DNA from: Myxococcota bacterium
Lineage (GTDB): Bacteria; Myxococcota_A; UBA9042; PHBI01; JAWLBL01
DNA length: 64,000 bases
NCBI GenBank assembly: GCA_041687695.1
Contig: JAWLBL010000003.1
Span: forward strand, 183,660 to 247,659
Direction: 5' to 3'
Shown here piece by piece: positions 58,547 to 64,000 of this stretch (position 1 is the stretch's first letter; each line of letters begins with the position of its first letter). The notes beneath the pieces are model-generated. The model searched no databases. It had not been told where the DNA came from and worked only from the letters and a program-made list of their open reading frames with translations. The position numbers and the translations under genes are program-made.

Positions 58547-58945
58547 ATGTCCATGACCGATCCCATCAGCGATCTGCTGACCCGCATCCGCAACGCGCAA
58601 CAGTCGCGCAAGGAGCTGGTGCTGGCGCCCGCCTCGCGTATCAAGGAGGCCATCGTCGGCATCCTGAAGCAGGAGGGCTACATCTCGGACTTTCGACGGG
58701 TCGAGGGGGCTCCCCAGGACCAGATCGAGATCACGCTGAAGTACGGCCCGGACGGGCGGGGTGCCATCGCCGGCCTGCGCCGCGAGAGCAAGCCTGGGCG
58801 CCGGGTCTACGTCGGCACCGAGGACATCCCGCGCGTGCGCCACGGACTGGGCGTCGCGATCGTGAGCACCTCGCAGGGTGTGCTGGCCGATCACAGCGCG
58901 CGGAAAAAGCGCGTCGGCGGCGAGCTCATCTGCACGGTGTGGTGA
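58547..58945 (+). CDS. rpsH: 30S ribosomal protein S8
   Basis: TDPISDLLTRIRNA, SKPGRRVY, GGELICTVW. Confidence 0.98.
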   Translation: MSMTDPISDLLTRIRNAQQSRKELVLAPASRIKEAIVGILKQEGYISDFRRVEGAPQDQIEITLKYGPDGRGAIAGLRRESKPGRRVYVGTEDIPRVRHGLGVAIVSTSQGVLADHSARKKRVGGELICTVW

Positions 58946-59019
58946 TAGGGAACCGGGACCGCCCCGCGTGATGCAAGGGAGGCCGGCTGGGTGCCGGCCT
59001 CACCGCAAGGAGAAGAGCC

Positions 59020-59553
59020 GTGTCGCGTATCGGAAAAGCGCCAGTGAGCGTCCCCGACAAGGTGGACGTCAAGGTCGACGGCAACCACGTCGCGGTGAAG
59101 GGCCCGCTCGGCAACATCGAGCGCCGCTTCAAGGGCGTGAACATCGCCCTCGACGGCCAGCAAGTGAAGGTGACGCCGGTCGACGAGAGCCGCACGAACC
59201 GTGCGCTCTGGGGGCTGAGCCGCACCCTCATCCAGAACATGGTGAGCGGCGTGTCGCAGGGCTTCACCCGCGTCCTCGAGATCAACGGCGTCGGTTACCG
59301 CGCCGAGGTCAAGGGGACGACGCTGGTGCTGACCCTGGGTCACAGCCACCCGATCAACTTCGAGCTTCCCCAGGGCATCAAGGCCGAGGTCGAGAAGCAG
59401 ACCACGGTCAAGCTCAGCGGGGTGGACAAGGAGCTGCTCGGTCAGACGGCCGCCAAGATCCGGTCGTTCCGTCCGCCGGAGCCCTACAAGGGCAAGGGCG
59501 TCAAGTACAAGGAAGAGACGATTCGCCGCAAGGCGGGCAAGGCGGCCAAGTAG
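59020..59553 (+). CDS. rplF: 50S ribosomal protein L6
   Basis: MSRIGK, GVGYRA, PEPYKGKGV. Confidence 0.98.
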   Translation: MSRIGKAPVSVPDKVDVKVDGNHVAVKGPLGNIERRFKGVNIALDGQQVKVTPVDESRTNRALWGLSRTLIQNMVSGVSQGFTRVLEINGVGYRAEVKGTTLVLTLGHSHPINFELPQGIKAEVEKQTTVKLSGVDKELLGQTAAKIRSFRPPEPYKGKGVKYKEETIRRKAGKAAK

Positions 59554-59586
59554 GCCATTAGGCCCGAGGCAGACGAGGTGGGTGCA

Positions 59587-59952
59587 ATGAGCCGGAACGC
59601 GAAGGTCGAGGCGCGCGAGCGCCGCAAGAAGAGCATCCGGAAGAAGGTCAACGGGACCTCCGAGCGTCCTCGGATGACCGTCTTCAAGTCGAACAAGCAC
59701 ATCTACGTGCAGGTCGTCGACGACGTCGCCGGCCGGACCCTGGCGGCGGCCTCGACCCTGAGCCCGGAGATCCGCGACGGCCTGGGCGACCTCAAGAAGG
59801 TCGACGCGGCGCGCAAGGTGGGCGAGCTGGCGGCGCGGCGGTGCAAGGAGGCGAACATCGACAAGGTCGTGTTCGACCGAAACGGCTTCATCTACACCGG
59901 CCGGATCGCCGCGATCGCAGACGCGGCTCGCGAAGGCGGCCTGCAGTTCTAG
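59587..59952 (+). CDS. rplR: 50S ribosomal protein L18
   Basis: [26 protein letters not shown]. Confidence 0.97.
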   Translation: MSRNAKVEARERRKKSIRKKVNGTSERPRMTVFKSNKHIYVQVVDDVAGRTLAAASTLSPEIRDGLGDLKKVDAARKVGELAARRCKEANIDKVVFDRNGFIYTGRIAAIADAAREGGLQF

Positions 59953-59986
59953 CCCCAGAACATTCGAGAATCCGAAGGAGCGCGCC

Positions 59987-60526
59987 GTGGTGCGAGACCG
60001 GGAAAGGCGTGATCGCCGAGACGAAGACAGCGACCTCATCGACAAGGTCGTTCACATCAACCGCGTGGCCAAGGTCGTCAAGGGCGGCCGTCGCTTCAGC
60101 TTCTCGGCCCTGGTCGTCGTCGGCGACGGGCAGGGGCGCGTCGGTGCGGCGCTCGGCAAGGCCAACGAGGTCCCCGAGGCCATCCGCAAGGGCAAGGAGC
60201 GGGCGATCAAGTCGATGATCCGCGTTCCGATCGTGAACCACACGATCCCGCACGAGAGCGTCGGCCACGTCGGCGCCGGCAAGGTGCTGCTGAAGCCGGC
60301 CAGTGAAGGTACCGGAGTCATCGCCGGTGGCGCGGTTCGCGCCATCATCGAGGCCGCGGGCGTTCACAACGTGCTGACCAAGTGCATCGGCACGAACAAC
60401 CCGCACAACGTGATCCACGCCACGATGAACGCGCTGCGGAATCTGGTCAGCCCGCAGGAGGTTGCAACGCGGCGCGGCCTGCCGGTCGACGACATCGTCG
60501 CCCGACACACTGGGAGGAACGCATGA
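59987..60526 (+). CDS. rpsE: 30S ribosomal protein S5
   Basis: [30 protein letters not shown]. Confidence 0.98.
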   Translation: MVRDRERRDRRDEDSDLIDKVVHINRVAKVVKGGRRFSFSALVVVGDGQGRVGAALGKANEVPEAIRKGKERAIKSMIRVPIVNHTIPHESVGHVGAGKVLLKPASEGTGVIAGGAVRAIIEAAGVHNVLTKCIGTNNPHNVIHATMNALRNLVSPQEVATRRGLPVDDIVARHTGRNA

Positions 60527-60705
60527 GCGCCAAGGTTCGCGTCACGCTGGTGCGTAGCCGCATCAAGGCGAACGAGCGCCAGGACAAGGTCCTCATCGGC
60601 CTTGGCCTGCGGAAGATGAACTCCAGCCGTGAGCTCGAGGACACCCCGGCCGTTCGGGGCATGATCCGGAAGGTCGCTCACCTGGTCCGCGTGGAGACCG
60701 CCTGA
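60523..60705 (+). CDS. rpmD: 50S ribosomal protein L30
   Basis: [24 protein letters not shown]. Confidence 0.96.
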   Translation: MSAKVRVTLVRSRIKANERQDKVLIGLGLRKMNSSRELEDTPAVRGMIRKVAHLVRVETA

Positions 60706-60736
60706 GCGCGGATCCGGCAGCTACGAGGAACGAGAC

Positions 60737-61183
60737 ATGAACGAACTGTCCCAGCTGGCGCCGCCCCAAGGCGCTCGGAAGACCAAGAAGCGCGTCGGTC
60801 GTGGGCCGGGGTCGGGCAGCGGCAAGACCGCCAGCCGCGGTCAGAAGGGCCAGAAGGCGCGCGCCGCCTCCAAGAAGCCGATCGGCTTCGAGGGCGGCCA
60901 GATGCCGCTGCAGCGCCGGGTTCCCAAGCGCGGGTTCACGCCTCTCGACCGGAAGGTGTGGGCCATCGTGAACATCGTCGACCTCGATCACCTCGAGGAC
61001 GGGACCGAGGTCACGCCCGAGCTGCTGGCGAGCGAGGGGCTCATCCGTCGCGCGAGCGACGCGGTGAAGATCCTCGGTGACGGCGAGCTCAGCCGCAAGC
61101 TCTCCGTGCGGGCCCACAAGTTCTCGCAGGCGGCGCGCGAGAAGATCGAGGGCCGTGGCGGCTCGGTGATGGTGATCGAGTGA
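60737..61183 (+). CDS. rplO: 50S ribosomal protein L15
   Basis: [26 protein letters not shown]. Confidence 0.98.
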   Translation: MNELSQLAPPQGARKTKKRVGRGPGSGSGKTASRGQKGQKARAASKKPIGFEGGQMPLQRRVPKRGFTPLDRKVWAIVNIVDLDHLEDGTEVTPELLASEGLIRRASDAVKILGDGELSRKLSVRAHKFSQAAREKIEGRGGSVMVIE

Positions 61184-62514
61184 CCGCGGGCGTCGGCAAC
61201 ATCGGGAAGGTGCCCGAGCTGCGGAGCCGTATCCTCTACACGCTGTTCCTGCTGGCGGTCTACCGCATCGGCGTGTTCATCACGGTTCCTGGCGTCAACC
61301 GCGAGGCCATGCAGAGCTACTTCCAGGGAGCCGCGAGCGGCTTCCTGGGGTTGTTCAACATGTTCAGCGGCGGCGCCATCGAGCAGGTCTCGATCTTCGC
61401 GCTCGGGATCATGCCCTACATCTCGGCCAGCATCATCCTGCAGCTGCTGACGGTCGTCGTCCCCGCGCTCGAGCGCCTTTCGAAGGAAGGCGAGCAAGGG
61501 CGTGCCAAGATCAACCAGTACACGCGTTACGGGACCATCCTGCTCTCGCTCGTCCAGGGCGTCAGCATCTCGTTCTTCCTCCAGTCGCTCAACGAGGCTG
61601 GCGGGGGCGCCGAGGGGGTCCTGCTGGGCGGTGGCTTCGGGTTCACGGCCATCACCGTGCTCACCCTGACGGCCGGCACCGTGTTCATCATGTGGCTCGG
61701 TGAGCAGATCACCGAGCGCGGCATCGGCAACGGCATCTCGCTCATCATCTTCGCCGGCATCGTGGCGAACCTGCCCGACGCGGTCATCCAGACCTGGAAC
61801 CTGACCGAGTTCGCCGGCGGCACGCTGAGCACGGCGACGCTGCTGATGGTGGGCGTGGTCGTCGTCGCGGTCATCGGGCTCATCGTCTTCTTCGAGCGTG
61901 GCCAGCGCCGCATCCCGGTCCGCTACGCCAAGAAGGTCGTCGGCACGCGGATGTACGGTGGCCAGAACACCTACCTGCCGCTGAAGGTCAACACGGCCGG
62001 CGTCATCCCTCCGATCTTCGCCAGCTCGATCCTGCTGTTCCCGACGACGCTCGGCAGCATGTTCCCGCAGGCGGGCTTCGTCGAGTGGATGAACACGAAC
62101 CTCATCCCGGGCCGGACGCTGTACAACCTCATCTACGTCGCCCTGATCGTGTTCTTCTGCTACTTCTACACGGCCGTCATGTTCAACCCGGTGGACGTGG
62201 CCGACAACATGAAGAAGTACGGCGGGTTCATCCCCGGCATCCGCGCCGGCAAGAAGACGGCCCAGTACATCGACCGCGTGTTGTCTCGCATCACGCTGGG
62301 CGGCGCGGTCTACATGTCCGCCGTCTGCATCCTGCCGACGTTCCTGCAGTCCGAGTTCGGGGTGCCGTTCTTCTTCGGTGGCACGGCGCTGCTCATCGTC
62401 GTCGCGGTCGCCCTCGACACGGTGCAGCAGATCGAGAGCCACCTGATCACGCGCAACTACGAGGGCTTCGGCGGCCAGTCCGGCGTCCGCGTCCGCGGCC
62501 GTCGGCGAGGTTGA
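61180..62514 (+). CDS. secY: Preprotein translocase subunit SecY
   Basis: [39 protein letters not shown]. Confidence 0.98.
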   Translation: MTAGVGNIGKVPELRSRILYTLFLLAVYRIGVFITVPGVNREAMQSYFQGAASGFLGLFNMFSGGAIEQVSIFALGIMPYISASIILQLLTVVVPALERLSKEGEQGRAKINQYTRYGTILLSLVQGVSISFFLQSLNEAGGGAEGVLLGGGFGFTAITVLTLTAGTVFIMWLGEQITERGIGNGISLIIFAGIVANLPDAVIQTWNLTEFAGGTLSTATLLMVGVVVVAVIGLIVFFERGQRRIPVRYAKKVVGTRMYGGQNTYLPLKVNTAGVIPPIFASSILLFPTTLGSMFPQAGFVEWMNTNLIPGRTLYNLIYVALIVFFCYFYTAVMFNPVDVADNMKKYGGFIPGIRAGKKTAQYIDRVLSRITLGGAVYMSAVCILPTFLQSEFGVPFFFGGTALLIVVAVALDTVQQIESHLITRNYEGFGGQSGVRVRGRRRG

Positions 62515-62517
62515 GCG

Positions 62518-63168
62518 ATGAAGTTGATGCTGCTCGGCGCGCCCGGGGTCGGCAAGGGCACCCAGGCCAAGATCCTCGTCACCGCGCATGGCCTCCCGCA
62601 GATCTCGACCGGCGACATGCTGCGATCGGCGGTCGAGCGCGGTACCGAGCTGGGGCGTGAGGCCAAGCGCTTCATGGACGCTGGCGCTCTGGTGCCCGAC
62701 GAGGTCGTGATCGGGATCGTCCGCGAGCGGCTCTCCGAGGCGGACACCGCTGGCGGGTTCATCCTCGACGGGTTCCCGCGCACCGTCGCGCAGGCCGAGG
62801 CCCTCGCGGCCTTTGCGCCGCTTGACGCGGTGGTCAGCATCGACGTGCCCGAGGAGCAGCTCGTCAGCCGCCTGACCGGTCGCCGCACATGTAGGGCTTG
62901 CGGTGCCATCTATCATGTTGTATCTAGCCCGCCCTCTACGGACGGGCGCTGCGACGTGTGTGGCGGTGAGCTGTACCAGCGCAGCGACGACCAGGAGGCG
63001 AGCATCCGTGAGCGCCTCCGGCAGTACCATGACAAGACGGCCCCTCTCGAGTCCTGGTACCGGGAGCGGGGGTTACTGGTGAGCATCGACGGGACGGGTC
63101 GTCCCGACGAGGTCACGGTCCGCCTCGAGCAAGCGCTCGAAGCGCGACGAGGTTCGAGCGAGGGTTGA
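62518..63168 (+). CDS. adk: Adenylate kinase (Zn-lid type)
   Basis: [26 protein letters not shown], CxxC...CxxC lid. Confidence 0.97.
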   Translation: MKLMLLGAPGVGKGTQAKILVTAHGLPQISTGDMLRSAVERGTELGREAKRFMDAGALVPDEVVIGIVRERLSEADTAGGFILDGFPRTVAQAEALAAFAPLDAVVSIDVPEEQLVSRLTGRRTCRACGAIYHVVSSPPSTDGRCDVCGGELYQRSDDQEASIRERLRQYHDKTAPLESWYRERGLLVSIDGTGRPDEVTVRLEQALEARRGSSEG

Positions 63169-63337
63169 CGGGTGGGGAGGTTTCCCGCCCGGTAGACCGA
63201 GGGTCTGGTCGGGTCACCGAAACCAGGCTCGAGGCGACCCGCTGGAGCCCTCGCCGACACATGGCCCTCCGTGGCCCGCAGCACCGAACGCTCCAGATTG
63301 GTCGAGAGGCCAGAGCAAGGACGCGAGGAGAGGAACC

Positions 63338-63451
63338 ATGAAGGTTCGGGCGTCAGTCAAGACGATTTGCGACAAGTGCAAGGTCATCAAGCGACGGGGT
63401 GTGGTCCGCGTCATCTGCGAGAACCCGCGCCACAAGCAGCGACAGGGGTAG
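63338..63451 (+). CDS. rpmJ: 50S ribosomal protein L36 (37 aa; not in ORF track)
   Basis: [37 protein letters not shown]. Confidence 0.97.
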   Translation: MKVRASVKTICDKCKVIKRRGVVRVICENPRHKQRQG

Positions 63452-63455
63452 GACG

Positions 63456-63824
63456 ATGGCACGTATCTCGGGTGTAGACCTGCCGCGGCGTAAGCCGGTG
63501 TGGATTGCGCTGACCTACATCTACGGGATCGGGCGCGCGACGGCGCGCCAGATCTGCGCCAAGGCCGAGGTCGACGAGACTCGCCGGATGGAGGATCTGG
63601 GGGACCAGGAGGTCGCTCGTCTCCGTCAGGTGATCACGGACGGCTACCGCGTCGAGGGTGACCTCCGGCGCGATGTGTCCATGGCCATCAAGCGCCTCAT
63701 GGACCTCGGTTCCTACCGCGGGCTCCGTCACCGCCGCGGCCTCCCGGTTCGGGGGCAGCGGACGCACACGAACGCTCGTACCCGCAAGGGACCGCGTCGT
63801 CAGGCCATCAAGAAGAAGAAGTAG
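63456..63824 (+). CDS. rpsM: 30S ribosomal protein S13
   Basis: [32 protein letters not shown]. Confidence 0.98.
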   Translation: MARISGVDLPRRKPVWIALTYIYGIGRATARQICAKAEVDETRRMEDLGDQEVARLRQVITDGYRVEGDLRRDVSMAIKRLMDLGSYRGLRHRRGLPVRGQRTHTNARTRKGPRRQAIKKKK

Positions 63825-63857
63825 CGTGGGCCACGGGCGCCACGAGAGGGTGTAGTC

Positions 63858-64000
63858 ATGGCGAAGCCATCCAAGGTTGGCCGTAAGAAGGTCAAGAAGA
63901 ACGTCCAGAGCGGGATCGCTCACATCCAGTCGACGTTCAACAACACCATCGTCACGATCACCGACGTCTCGGGCAACGCGATCGCGTGGTCGAGCTCGGG
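63858..64000 (+). CDS. rpsK: 30S ribosomal protein S11 (partial, runs off window)
   Basis: [24 protein letters not shown]. Confidence 0.95.
   Translation, partial: MAKPSKVGRKKVKKNVQSGIAHIQSTFNNTIVTITDVSGNAIAWSSS

Noticed and set aside
63165..63198. TTGACG promoter at the adk stop
   Set aside because: No -10 element at acceptable spacing (nearest TAGACC is 22 nt away)

Overview
High-GC (~70%) bacterial chromosome segment, most likely from a Myxococcota/deltaproteobacterium. This rests on the myxobacterial-type RpoC N-terminus [17 protein letters not shown], the long-form HflX and the Cys-rich lipoproteins. The left half (1-32 kb) mixes housekeeping genes (ABC-2 transporter cassette, lolA, rimO, lysC, pepA, ssb, hflX, Smr protein, proS, pyrF, rlmB) with uncharacterised envelope genes. 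Most notable is an 11 kb operon with its own promoter and terminator. It encodes an outer-membrane beta-barrel and two giant paralogous lipoprotein zinc metalloproteases (1793 and 1476 aa). A methyltransferase carrying two RRE/PqqD-like N-terminal modules also lies in this half. The right half (32-64 kb) is the translation/transcription supercluster: tRNAs, tuf, rpmG, secE-nusG, rplKAJL, rpoBC, rpsLG, S10/spc genes, secY, adk, rpmJ, rpsM and partial rpsK. It is unusually remodelled. A terminator and a 2.5 kb repeat-rich insert separate rpsG from a strongly diverged EF-G paralogue. The second tuf, rplC (L3), map and infA are absent from their usual positions, and L33 is a Zn-ribbon-less variant. 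hflX appears to use an ATA start codon. All calls were made by eye from sequence motifs; no database searches were run.
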